This document shows positions 37,900 through 50,321 of a stretch of DNA of 64,000 bases, piece by piece. Source of the stretch: Dimorphilus gyrociliatus. Lineage: Eukaryota; Animalia; Annelida. The stretch spans positions 9,306 through 73,305 of the forward strand of contig CAJFCJ010000040.1 in the NCBI GenBank assembly GCA_904063045.1. Direction: 5' to 3'. A program made the position numbers and the translations under genes. The notes under the pieces are model-generated. The model ran no database searches and had not been told where the DNA came from. It saw nothing but the letters and a program-made list of their open reading frames with translations. The first letter of the stretch is position 1; every line of letters starts with the position of its first letter.

Positions 37900-38820
37900 T
37901 TACTTTATCAGTTTCTCCAATTCTTGATACCCAGTCTGCTCTGTTAGTTCTTCCTGGTATATCAAAATCCATATCCATAACTACCATAACCCCTTTGATA
38001 GCACTTGAATTTAGTTTGTTTTGTACAAAGTTTGTACCAAATTTTGTTAATCAGTATAAAGAAAAAATTTCTTATACTGCAATTAATTGGAGAATTTTTG
38101 TAATGCCCAATACACAGTGAAAGCTTCTTTTTAATAAGCTGCATATCTTAGTTGTATATCGATTAGAAGCTTGGAAGCAAAAGAAATTGGTTTTCTTGTT
38201 TTCTTTCCATCTTCTTTCCATTGTTGTTCCAGAACTGCACCAACTGCATAATTGGAAGCATCTGTTGTTAAATAAAATGGTTTGGTAAAATCAGGTAGTT
38301 CAAGTATGGGTGGCTCTGTCATTGATTTCTTTAGTATCTGATAAGCCTCCTCTGCTTCCTTAGTCCATTTCAATATTTCAGTTTTTTGGTGTAATTTTGA
38401 TAGCTCTCTCAAGGGTTTTGTAATTTTTGCAGAGTCCTTGATGAATCTTCTGTAATAACCACAAAATGCTACAAAACTTAATAAAGTATTTGCAAACATA
38501 GGAAATTCAGCATCTTTTATTTTCTGAATCTTTTCTGAATCAGTTTCAATACCATTTTGTGTAATTTTATGACCACGAAATTGTACTGATTCCTGTAGGA
38601 AAGCACACTTGCTTGGTTTGATTCTGAAATCATTTTTTTTAATTTTTTCCATTAACTTTTGTAAAGCTATGTAGTGTTCTTCTAATGTTTCAGTAAACAC
38701 AATAATGTCATCCATATAATTAATACCAAAAATTTTCCAAACCTTTAATTACAAAATTTGCCATAATATAACTAAAGTGTGAAGGTGCATTTGCCATACC
38801 AAAAGACAACATTTTAAGAC
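37900..38820 (-). mobile_element. Ty3/gypsy pol remnant (RT C-terminal part and RNase H)
   Basis: MLSFGMANAPSHF..NYMDDIIVF..EEHY..L, KPSKCAF, FYLTTDASNYAVGAVLEQ..KPISFASKLL, then frameshifted YTD..PGRTNRADWVSR. No LTR pair found. Confidence 0.9.
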
Positions 38821-39839
38821 AAAGAAATGTTCTAAATATGGTCATGTTTTTATTGTTTTCCTCTTTTAAATAATAGTTGAATTTCTCAGGTTGGAGAGTT
38901 GCATAAGATGTAACAATTTTAGTAGGACAAGTCCAACAATCAAGAAAACATGTAGATTGTATATTTGACCATTTTTATATTCTACATTAACAATGAATGT
39001 GTACAAATTATATTTCAAAGATTCTTAATAATTGTTTTTCTTGAAGCTATTGCAAATATTGAATTAAAAATTGAATGAAATTTTAATACTCAATTGACAA
39101 ATCAAAAATTCAGATACACATAAATTCTATACACGAGATATTTCTTTTTTTTTCAACAAGCATTCAGAATTGATAATGATCATTCAATACAATATTAGAA
39201 GAAAATTGTGAAAATTGCAAATGTTGAGAAATACCTTATTGTGTTTTATTTAAAAATGGAGATGATAATGGATTATATCATCTATATAATTTATTTATTG
39301 AACAAGAAATGTATATTCTTCCAAAATCTCAAATGATTAGTTTAGAGAAAATTTCTGGCTTAAAATTGAATCTAAAAAAGTTAGCTCAAGGCAAGAAGCT
39401 ATTTTACAATTGAAAGAAACAGCTGAAAATATATTTGACTATCTTCTAAAAATGAAAAGAGAAGATAACCCATGCTAAGTTCTTATTCGAAATATTCTCT
39501 ATTCTACAAAAATTGTGGATAGAGTTTGCTGCATTTGCCAATTTGAATTATCAAAAAGGATTAGTCTTCAAACCACTTGTTCTCAATATTATCATATCAA
39601 TTTCTGCAAGAACTTGATTATGAGTGGGAGTACAGCTAGTTTATTTCTAACACAAACTTTTTATTTCAGAAACTGGACAATTAGTATGGTATTATTTAAA
39701 AGCTTAAGGGCTTGATTAGGGTTAGGGTTAGGGTCAAAAATGTAAATTCAACAACATTTTAGCTAATTGGTTACAAATCCCAGAATATCATTCACCAAAA
39801 AAATAATACTTTTGGTTCACTACTCATAACTATTACAAT

Positions 39840-40660
39840 AGGAAATTGAAAGGTTCTATTTGTGTGAGTACTTTGGTGAGTTGATAAATGATTGGAAAGG
39901 ATGAATACTGTTCAGAAGAAGCAGAAATTCCTACAATTACAATACAACAAAGTACACACCTCTTACTGGTTTCTATAGCAAATCTTTATATATAGAGTTT
40001 TAATGTAAGAGAAAACAGGAAATAAACAGAAAGTTGAAATATTTGTAATGAACAAATAAACATAGATTAATCAAAGAGTTATAGCAGATGAGCCTAAATT
40101 AGGGTCAGTAGAAGTTTTATTAGGCAGCTCAATATATAAACCAGCTTACCAAGTTGATACAATTGGAACTTGTATCTTACCAGAAGTTGGATTGCAATTT
40201 TCCAGTATAAGTTTCAGGCCTGTTCCTCTACCTACACAGTCAAATATTGGTTTTAAAAAGTTTTTGTATATGCCTATTAGGAGTGTAAAACCTTTTACAA
40301 TAATGATTGAAAAGAAAATGTAGTTATATCATATTATATCATGAAAAATTATTTATAAATATTTCTTTGAGTACTTTGGTGAATTGGTAAATGATTGGGA
40401 AGGATGAAAATTGTTGTGACAAACTAATTAACTGTTAAAGAACTTAACTGCCAAACTGGGAAAATGTATTTCCTTTTATACATTTACCAAAGCTTGGGTT
40501 CAATTGGTCAAAAGATTACGAAGTTGAAATGTAACAGTCTCACAATGCACATACAACAAAGTCATGAAAAACTATTGCATCACAGCTGGCTAACATGTGG
40601 CACTTCAAAAACAAGCCTGCCTCTTCTGCATCTGTTTTTGAATAAGATGTAACAAGTTTA
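39840..40660. repeat. Patchwork repeat: two A fragments, then C in the opposite orientation
   Basis: Module A at 39840-39960 and 40365-40410. 40425-40660 is the reverse complement of 18580-18830. Confidence 0.65.
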
Positions 40661-41189
40661 TCTTATTAGTATAGTTTAACTCTTTGAGATCAGTTCTTAA
40701 TAAATCAAATTCTTTATATGGAACTAATACTCTTGTTCCTGGTCCACCAAATTCTCTTATGTATCTGTCTTGATATGGGAGGTCCATTATTGCATAGTTT
40801 GGATATAATAAATATCTTCTTAGCTTGATGCATTCTACATTTTTATCCACAGCTTTCCAATGTGATGTATGACTTTGTGTATTATTGCAAACAGTTAAGA
40901 GGCATAATCCACTCCAATTTCTTGTATTCATCCTGTTCATCTCTTGTCCAATGTGTTCATTTCTTATTTGTAGCCAGTCAGCAATTGTGTTAATTGTAGG
41001 CTTCTTTGCTAAGTCTTTATTTTCTCTGATAAAACCATCATCTATTAATTTCATTTTCCATTCTTCACATTGTTTTTGCTTATCTGGTGGTACTTTGTGA
41101 GCTTTCTTATTTTCATTGATTTACTTCAGTTCTTCCCTATTCTTCTCTACATTTTAAATGTTATGTTTTCTTATTCTTTAATGTGAAAA

Positions 41190-41290
41190 CTTCTGTATTG
41201 CCCAATAAACAGCAAAATTTTCTTTTTGATATGCTCTTCTCTTGGTTTTCTTTCCATCAGCTCCAACAGTTTCTTGCTCTAAGATCATTT
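41190..41290 (-). mobile_element. Second Ty3/gypsy RNase H fragment with an internal deletion
   Basis: LEQETVGADGKKTKR/RAYQKENFAVYWAIQKF aligns to LEQQWKEDGKKTRKP...AAY of the 38131 ORF. Confidence 0.6.
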
Positions 41291-41611
41291 ATGAGTCAAC
41301 AACTGAAATTATCAAAAATTTCAAAGTGCTCCAATTATCTTGAAATTTGGTTCAGGGTTAGTTTGGGTTAGGGTTATGGGTTAGGCCACTCACAGAACTG
41401 TTTCTAATGGTTTGATTTCCAACTTGGTGTTTCTGTTCTTGTGTTAGTAAGATGCTGGTTCCTGACAAACACTAATTTGGGTACTGGTTAGAGGGCCATA
41501 ATCTGTATTTTATAAACATGGGATTAAAATGTACATTATTATAGTGGATCTAATAGTAAACTTGCATTAAAAATGCAATTTGTTGTATCAGGATTGTAGG
41601 AATTTCATAGG

Positions 41612-41749
41612 ACAAGTGAAGTAGACTTTGATTTGTAGTTAGGGGGGTTCCATCTAAGGGTCAGGGTAATCAAAAATGTTCAGGAGTGACAAGGACTTAG
41701 TTAGGGTTAGGGTTAGACTATGCATTTAGGGATGTTTTATGTTGTATCC
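41612..41749 (+). mobile_element. Left-truncated TTAGGG-core MITE
   Basis: gatttgtagttaggggggttccatctaagggtcagggtaatcaaaaa...ttagggttagggttag..atgcatttagggatgtttt matches 36650-36770. Confidence 0.8.
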
Positions 41750-42021
41750 ACTTACATAATGTTATCATTCTTTTAAATATATGAATTATTAAGAATACAT
41801 TATTGTTTTTTGTAAGATTATTTCATGTCCAATTCAAAAAGTTAGTCTGTATTTATGCCTTCATACATTCCATAAAATATATTGTTTACATTATAGATTG
41901 TTTTTCATTAGGCAAATGTCATATACAAAATTTAGGAAACAGTATTACTTAACTCAATAGTTTGGTTTACCTTCTGTAAATCATAAAATATAAATTGTAA
42001 ATATTATATTTAATTTGAATG

Positions 42022-43520
42022 TTAATCAATTCTTTTGAAAAGATAGTCAGTTGTTTTCAAAGGTTTCAAAATGTCATTTACATCAAGCAACCAACAAGAC
42101 TTTTTATTTCTTTGTACAACACTTCCTCTCAAAAATTTGTTGTCAACTTGAATAGAAACCATTTCACTGTTTAAACTATCTTCTCCAATTTGAACTGCTG
42201 TGAAGAATTTAAATTTTTTCTGGCCAATATCTCCAATTAGTCCACTCATTTCATTGTAATCTTCAGGCATAAGCCTAAAGCCTACATCCAGGTGCATTTC
42301 CCCTAAAAAATGCTTAGATTTCTCAACAGCAATTGCATTTAATGACTTTAATTCAGTGAAAATAATCTTTTTCCCATTTACAATTTCACATTTCAATTGA
42401 TTAGTTTGCAAAATCATTTGCTTTGAGTTTTCATTCCATTGAATGGTATCTTTTTGGCCAAGATGAATATCCTTTAATGATACTGTGATGTTGGCAGATG
42501 GAGATTGAATGACAATTTTATGCATATAGTAATCATCTTTCAGTTGGCCAAAAATCTTTATTCTACTGTGAGAAAATCCAGCAATATATATATAATCTCC
42601 CATTTTCCCAGTTACATCATAACATATTTGTTTAGTAGACATAGTTGATTTGTCAACAACATTTTGTGCAAAGTGTGGATCTCCAGTTGCAGATGCCCAT
42701 GGTGAAGGAGCATTGGGTGAAAAGTAAACTGGAATTTCATTTTGGAATGTTTTTCCATTTGATATGCAACTTGCAGCTATGAAAAAGGACTCTTGGGAAC
42801 CAGTTTTAGTAACTGTAATATCCAATGAATCTTGCCCAATTGAAAGTGGTCCAACATTATCTACTGTAGCTATAGAAGTGTCTGGTCGAGTTATGCTAAA
42901 GTAGACAAAAGTAGACATATAATTGATGTTGCAAAATTTGACTGTCATTGTACTAATTACCTGCATGAGCCACCACCACTACCACCTTGAATTTTGGCTC
43001 TAAATGGTGAAGTTTGCTCAGTTGACATCTCAATTTCAATACCATAGCCCATAGGTAGATTACCACTACCATATTCTAATGAAACATCAAAAACATCACA
43101 AATAATTAAAAAAATTTTGAAAACGAATATTGATAATACATACGTTCACGTGAATAAACATATCCTCTAACTTCAAATTCAAGTGTAGTCCCTCCACTGG
43201 TACATGAATAAGTGTAGGTCAGTACATAATTCTCAGTTGTTCCTGAAAACAAACTGCCTTGGAAATTTTCATATACAAGTGCAGAATTTACTGATTTTGA
43301 GGATTGTAGTAAAATGGTTCCATCTGGTTTTGTAAGTGTATAGCTGTAAAACAAATTAAATTGATAGATTCCTGATTTGAATGTTAATGTAAAAGATACC
43401 TGCAAGTAGGAGTTCCAGTGATTTGTCGGAAATAAAGGTTGTAAGTACTACTATCTTCCAAAATTTGAGCTGGAGATTCAACTTTCAGACTAAAACTGTC
43501 TGAATGAACTGTAATTACTG
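42022..43520 (-). CDS. Multi-exon gene ending in an ITIH C-terminal-like (GDPHF) domain, with beta-sandwich-like exons upstream; 5' end not found
   Basis: ATGDPHFAQNVVD..QICYDVTG..GQLKDDYY..HLDVGF..SGLIGDIG..SCW parallels 13010-13678. Upstream exons at about 42960-43080, 43110-43400 and 43400-43520. Confidence 0.7.
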
Positions 43521-44454
43521 TAAATAAATAAAAATATATTAATTTGCTTTGATATTAAAAATAATCTAAAAATCATACAACCAAAACTCAGAAAAAGAAG
43601 AGCAAAGTTATGTATTGTAAACGCCTTCATGATTTTTGGATAACTAAAAAAAGTTGGGTGCTTTTAAGGATTTTTTAACAATAGATGAGGAGACAATTTA
43701 AATAAAACAGTCTTTGAAATATTTCTATATTTTTACAAAAAACCAAAGAAATTGTCAAATATTTCTCATGAATAATTTGAATAAACAGATCAGGCTATTT
43801 TATTAAACATAGTATTTAACCTAAAAATGTAGGACTAGTAGTATTTTATTATTCAGCAAAATATTTTTCTTCTTCTATATATTTTAATAGTGTTTTGTAT
43901 TGAACACTTAAAGCTGGTGGGAGCAATAAAGAAATCATTCACTATCAGCTTTACAATGGAGGTAAAAATTTTTGGTTGGGAATGTCAGACAACAAAAGAG
44001 AAAATATTCTTTACACTTCTTTTCATTTTGGCAGCATTTCAGACATTTTAAAAGAGGGTGAATAATTTCTCTCAATTTTTGCATGGACTCATGTCTATAG
44101 GCTTATTGAATAAGAAGAGGTGTACTTTGTTATATTGTAATTGTAGAAATTTTATGTTGTATGGGAATTGATAAAATAGACAAAGGACATTGATAAAAAT
44201 AAAATTTAGCCTGGGAAACTTTAAAATCTAAAAACTCCTTACGTTTAACACAGTCAAAAACATTTTTTTATTATGATTTTTCATTATAGGCTTAAGATTA
44301 AAACAAATATTTATACCAATTGATTCAAACAGTAATAAGACAGTTAGAATAGTATCAGAGTTGATGTTAAAGTAAAAGTTTAATAGGAATTTTAAAAAAA
44401 CAAAATATCAGAAATTTCTGGAAATTGTTAGAAATGCCTTTGTTAATATAGAAA

Positions 44455-44790
44455 TATGACTCATTTTCCAGAGAAGGCCTATTTTCATAGAGATGTACCT
44501 ACACATTGACTCTAGTGACATTTTTTCTAAAATTCTTTCCCTTCTGCTGTGTATATCTGAAGGAGTTCACACTTAAATCATTTCAGTACTGATTAAGGTC
44601 ATAGTGGATCCATTTAGCACAAATCTTTCCCTATCTGAGTTCTTTTGTCATTTATCCAATAGCTACATAACAAATTTTTTGAAGATTGCTCTCTGTAAAA
44701 TAGTCTGATCTCTACTTTTGGGGCTATTTATTTCTTCTCGGTTTTGAAATTTTACAACTGTCTTTGGACAACCACATCTTGCAAGTCATC
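44455..44790 (-). mobile_element. Decayed Tc1/mariner transposase remnant
   Basis: Frameshifted DDL.RCGCPKT (DDxRSGRP-like), KICAKWIHYDL (WVPHEL-like) and NVTRVNV*VHLYE (IVTGDETWVH-like), in the expected order. Confidence 0.55.
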
Positions 44791-45609
44791 AAAATTTTTT
44801 CTTTCCTTTTTATAACATATACCTACCTTCTTATGAAACATTCACTCAAAATGTCATCCAAAAATAGCTTTTTGATCATCTGTAAAAGAACTTAGAAAAA
44901 CTTTCTCAATCACTAAAAAAGCAATGAATTTTCAACAGTGTTTACACAATAAAAGTTTTTTTATTTACTAAGAGTATTGGAGAGTATCAATGACATTAGT
45001 TGAGTTGTTTTAATAAGAAAAGCACAAAGTTTGAAATAATTTGACCCAACCTTATATCTAACAAATATTGTTCATATTTTGTCCACTAAATATTATATCC
45101 AACAGAAGTTATTTGGAAGTAGCATTTGTACAGCATTCATGTAACATTACAATTTTTACATTCAGACACATCTATCACTACTTACAAACTGGGTATCATA
45201 GGCATCTTTCAAAATATCTAAAAAATTTGTTCACTATAACCCTACTTTCAAAAATTAGAAAAGAAAATGACAAGAAGAATTTTAGTGTAGCAAAGACTTT
45301 ACATGTGGTAGAAAATTTTGATAAGTTAATAATTTTACCTTAACCTTAATCTAATCATATTTTTTTACCTAACCTATTTGAATAAACTTAATGTTTGATA
45401 GAACCCAACCTAGTATTTATCAATAGTTTTAATATTTTTCTTAGACATTTTCCCATGCTGAAATCTAGCCTTGAAATATTTCACATATGCCTGTCTTTAT
45501 CAACAAAAACTATTTCAAAAATATCCAAGTAAATAATATTTTACAGTTGAATGAAAAATTTTTTAAATGTGTCTAAAGAGATACAACACAACTAGCCCAC
45601 TACCATAGA

Positions 45610-46250
45610 TCCTATATTGTACTGCTCTTGCTGGCAAAATCTATGCATTTGCAAGTTATAACAGTATGGGTTCTACTCAAACCTTTAAACAAATGTTTAA
45701 ATTAAAACAGTTTATTCACAATAATAATACTTAAGCAAGTAACAATATGAGAGTTCGATAGCAGAGTAGATAGTTCGTAAAAGCAGGTTGCCAAATTACC
45801 AAACTGTCTTCTAATGTTGAGGAGTAGATGGATGGTTCCAGTGGAGGTTGTTTCCAGATGATTTTCCCAGGTCCTTGGGTCCAGATGGAAGCTGCATGCC
45901 AAATGAGAATAGTGAGGATTTATATACTTTGAGGTTTGCCTCTGACATCCAATCATCACTTTACAGTTGCCAAAATGTGTAGTTCATATTTATCTTTAGT
46001 AACAGGATGTTACAAGGTTCAACATTTAGGAAGGTTAATTGAATTATAACTTGGCCACACCCTAGGCAAGTTAATTAAATTATAACCTGGGCAAACCTTT
46101 ATTGGTAATTAAAGATGAGCCTTGAAGCTGACTAATCAGACTTATGTTTGGCCAATGTTATAGCATTTTCTTGCGTAGGTTTTAAGATGAACATGTATAA
46201 GTTGCATAAAATAATAGAGTTCAAGCATGTAAAATATAACCAAAGTTGTA
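45610..46250 (-). repeat. Patchwork repeat F-D-B-E with a 311-bp LTR-like cassette (45694-46004)
   Basis: Collinear with about 16500-17030, then switches to the reverse complement of 21090-21160. Confidence 0.75.
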
Positions 46251-47039
46251 CAGTATGGAAATAATTGTAACACTGCATGAATGGTACTTTAAGAGTTAAG
46301 GCCCTTCTGATTTTTGAAGATGGTAGCATAGAGGGATCTGGTAGTCTAAGGTAAACACATTCACTGCAAGGTAGGTAGTAGTTATATTTTACCCAAACAA
46401 AAGATTCTGCAATTAAGTTTTCAAACACAAAAAATAAGCAAGTGAAGCTAAAAGAAATAGATGATGGAGAGAGTATTACCTCATCTTCATTACTTAGTCC
46501 AAACAGTCCTCCTAAATCTATTACTTCTTTTAATGAAAGAAGATTTGTAAAAGTTCTATATCTGTTGTAAAACAAAACAAAAAACAAAAAACAAATGAGT
46601 TAGGTTAAAATTTAAAATTACAAAAAAAGAAATTAAACTGTGTTTTTATTTACTCAATAATTTTATTTTCAAGACTCTTACTGCTATTTTATCAAAATTT
46701 ATCCAACTGCAAAGCATTAAAGCTGATATACATTCCAATTCTGGAATAAATTTTTGTGGTTTATTTGAACTTTTTATAATGTGAGTAGAATTTAAATTTC
46801 TACAGAAAGCATAGGGTATGAAAGTTTTATTTTCAATTATTTCTGAGAGAAATGTCACAGATGTGTCTCTCAGTGGACACTTCATAAGGAAACCAACTTT
46901 AACTGGAAAATCTTTAAATGGTTGGGTAAAATATCTTAGAAAATTGGTTTCCAGTTTCCTAAAAAAGTCTGAAGGAAAAAATAAAGGAAACAGGAAGGTT
47001 AACTAGAATAATTATCAATTTTTATTATGTGTATACCTT

Positions 47040-49689
47040 GGTAATAATTTTCATTTTCTTTATGATGTTGAGTAACCAATTCAGAAAGTGCTATTCTATC
47101 CATATTTGGTTCGTTCAATATTTTAACAACCTCTTGAGGGATTTGTTCAGCGTCTAAATATTCCATTAACTCTTCCCAATTAAATTCTCTATTATTTGTT
47201 TCTTTTGAAAATGAATGGAAAACTTAGAATAGAATAAAAGGAAGAAGAGGAGGAGGAGGAAAAAAGAAGAAATGGTGTCTTACCTATTATGATATTTTCA
47301 TAATTCTTTTTTAATAATAGTAAAGTTAATGATTGTAACTTTATCCATTTATATTTCTGTTTAATCCAACAGTGACTGATTTTCAACATTTCCAATCTAT
47401 GAGAAATGTCACATATTGTAGCAATGGTTGGCTTCATACTTTTATCATCCATTTCTGCCATAATTTGAAATTTTTGTCCAATTCTAATTTTATCATGTGA
47501 TAATTTATAGTTGTCTTTCTAAAACAGAGCAAACAACTTTATGTTAGTTTTTTGAAAAGAATTTTAAGAGAGGAAATTACAGTTGAGTGCAATAAAACTT
47601 TGAAAATATAAGTAAAACCCTTTAAATTAGCACTTCTCCAATACCCAAAATAGGATAAAAACACATACTTACAGGAGCAAAAGTGAAATCAATATCACTG
47701 TCCTGAGCCAAATCCTCTCTAGTATGTATAACGAGTTGATAATTATGTTTTGGAACATTTATACAATCAATAACAATGTTATCAAGAGATATTTTCATTT
47801 CAATTTCATCATCTTTAAAATGAAGCTGTTTTTTTCCATGATATTTAAATAACAATTGAATTTTTAAAATTGATAAATCAGCAAAATACAGTTTCCTTTG
47901 TATACTTTTGTTTTTATATTTCCAAATTATGTCATATTTATGATTTGTAGTATCAAAAAGAAATTGTACTTCATTCCTAAACAAAGAAGACAATAAATAA
48001 TTTTGATGATTTATGACAAAAAAGAAATAGAAACAACAAAGATAAAATCTTACTTTTCAGATCTGAAAAATAAAAAAATTATTGATTAGGATAGGAATTT
48101 TTTATAAAAAATGAAAAATTCTATAAATTCATTACATTAGTTGAATACTATTTGTTACATTGCTTGGTTTTATCTCCAGTGTATAAAAATGTATAGGATC
48201 CATTAATGTTTTACAAATGTATTTCTTTATTTTTGGATCTTCATCAAGATCATTACTCAATTTGCTAAATGTTAACATTTCTTCTGGTTTATTCTCTTCA
48301 GTAAAGTATATCTTGTCAGCAGTTGTAGGATTATATTGCTTATGCATTATCCAAATTAAATGGGACCTTGATGCATTTTTCTCAGTTAAAGCATCAATGG
48401 GTGTGTAAAAGATGTTAAAGTTATCAACTTGATAAAAGGAAGGAAAGTAAGGATGAAGGGAAGAGAGAAATTTAAAAATTAATGGTATCTATTTGAAAAA
48501 TACAATAATATACAAACAGAATAAAAGATTATTATCATCTTCAAAGTTTGCTTCATTACCCCAAGGTGTTTCTAGTTGTCTCTTAAGAAAAATAAATAGA
48601 CAAAAGTTCAGATAAAGGAGAATTTTTTCAATATAATTTTTTGTCTCACCTCGTAAAATATTGATGATTCATGGAAAGCAAATTCAATAATTACTGCTAT
48701 TTCAATTAAAAATCCAGCTATTAATGCTGGAGCTTGTTTACATGCAAGTGTAGATGAGATAACTTTTATATTTTTAGAACTGCCCTCTTCCTTCTCTTCC
48801 TCCTCTTCATCATCAAATAGAATGCAAGTTTCTACAGGACCTCCTTGAAGAACAACTCTTCCCCTTCTCAGTTCAATTATAAAACCAAATGGATCTCCTA
48901 TCTTGTACACCGAAGTAATTAAGTATAATAGTAATCTGTGTAATTGATTCATGTATATTGGACTTTCTGGGTAGTAAGTCAAAACAGCTGACACAGCTTC
49001 TTTTAAATTCTATAATTTGGAGGGAAAAGTGTGTTTTTTATGTTCACTGTTCTTCAAACTTTTGAAAACATACCAAAGAACTTTTGTAAGGAGTTTCTGG
49101 TTTGGGTAAACTTTGAGGGAAGACACAAGAATTTGGTGTTAAATCTAATACAATTCCCATTTGGCAGAATATGTTCTTATGAAAGTTAACATCTATTTTT
49201 GTCTAATAAAAGAAAAAAAGAAGATGAAAATACAGAATTTCTTCTAGTAGGATATGGTACCAAATGACTAGGTAATGTGGTCATAAATGCCTTTTCCATA
49301 TTTCTACAGACTGGAGTATCCTTAGTCAAGAAGTAGTATTGACCTTTAAGAGAACCTTGACACTGTTCCGACGATGTTTGAAGTTGGTGGAAAATGCTCA
49401 ACAACCACTGTGCATTGACAATATAGTATTCTTTGTAGAAAATTGTCTTAATGAGTATAAATGTGCCCTGTTGATGGTAAATTATGAAAGCAAGATGGTT
49501 TAATGCAATTATTTGTTTATAATTTACAGTCTTTTCAATTAAATCCAGAGCTTTAAAGTAAGGAAACCTATACATATTTAAAGAAACATCTTCAATGTCA
49601 CCATCATCTATTGAAATTTTTTTATATTCATGTGTAAAGTTAAGTAATTCTTCACGAAATGATCCTGTGCCTGCCTTGAATTTCGTCAT
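47040..49689 (-). CDS. Multi-exon gene or fragment with a COR-like region and a possible C-terminal death-domain-like region
   Basis: ALNHLAFIIYHQQG...YIVNAQWLLSIFHQL resembles the COR motif LH..G..V.L.PQWL. The 47040-47460 region has helical ICDISH..L, FNWEELM and VKILNEPNMDRIALSELV. No Roc GTPase motifs seen. Confidence 0.4.
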
Positions 49690-50321
49690 TTTCTAAATGT
49701 TGAAATTATATAATTGATTGTATAAAACAAAACTGGTAGAATTAGGTTATAATTACTTTTCAAGAATGAATCGACTGGACAATGCTCAACAATTTGTTTA
49801 AGTGTTGTATATCCTTTTCCTATTTTCTCTTCTTGCAACAGTCCGTTAATTTTCTGTTTTAACTTGACAACTTCCTCACCTGTGGCCTATTTTGACAAAA
49901 GGAATGCTATTAATTAATAATGAAGAACAAAAAAAGCAACATCATCACCTTTAGGTAGGAAAAACTGGTAACTAAGACATTATTAGATCCACAAACATAA
50001 ACAGACAGTTTCTATTTTTTTTTAATACAATGTATTTTATAATTGAGATCTCTTTAAAGAGGATTAATATACACCTTTTGTCTGTGATTATAGAAATTTA
50101 GTTTAGCAGACGTCTTGACTTCAATTAAGGATAAATTCTCTTGCAGGGCTATATAATTATGCAAATTAAGTTGATCTTTGAAATTTAATTTTCTCAAGTT
50201 ATTCATTCTATAAACAAAGAATATTAAAGAAATTAAAAAAATTGAGTTAGAAGGTCAAGGTTAAGATTGAATGATGGTTTTGGAGATTTTGTAGTCTTTC
50301 TCCATTTTGGTGGTTTTACCA

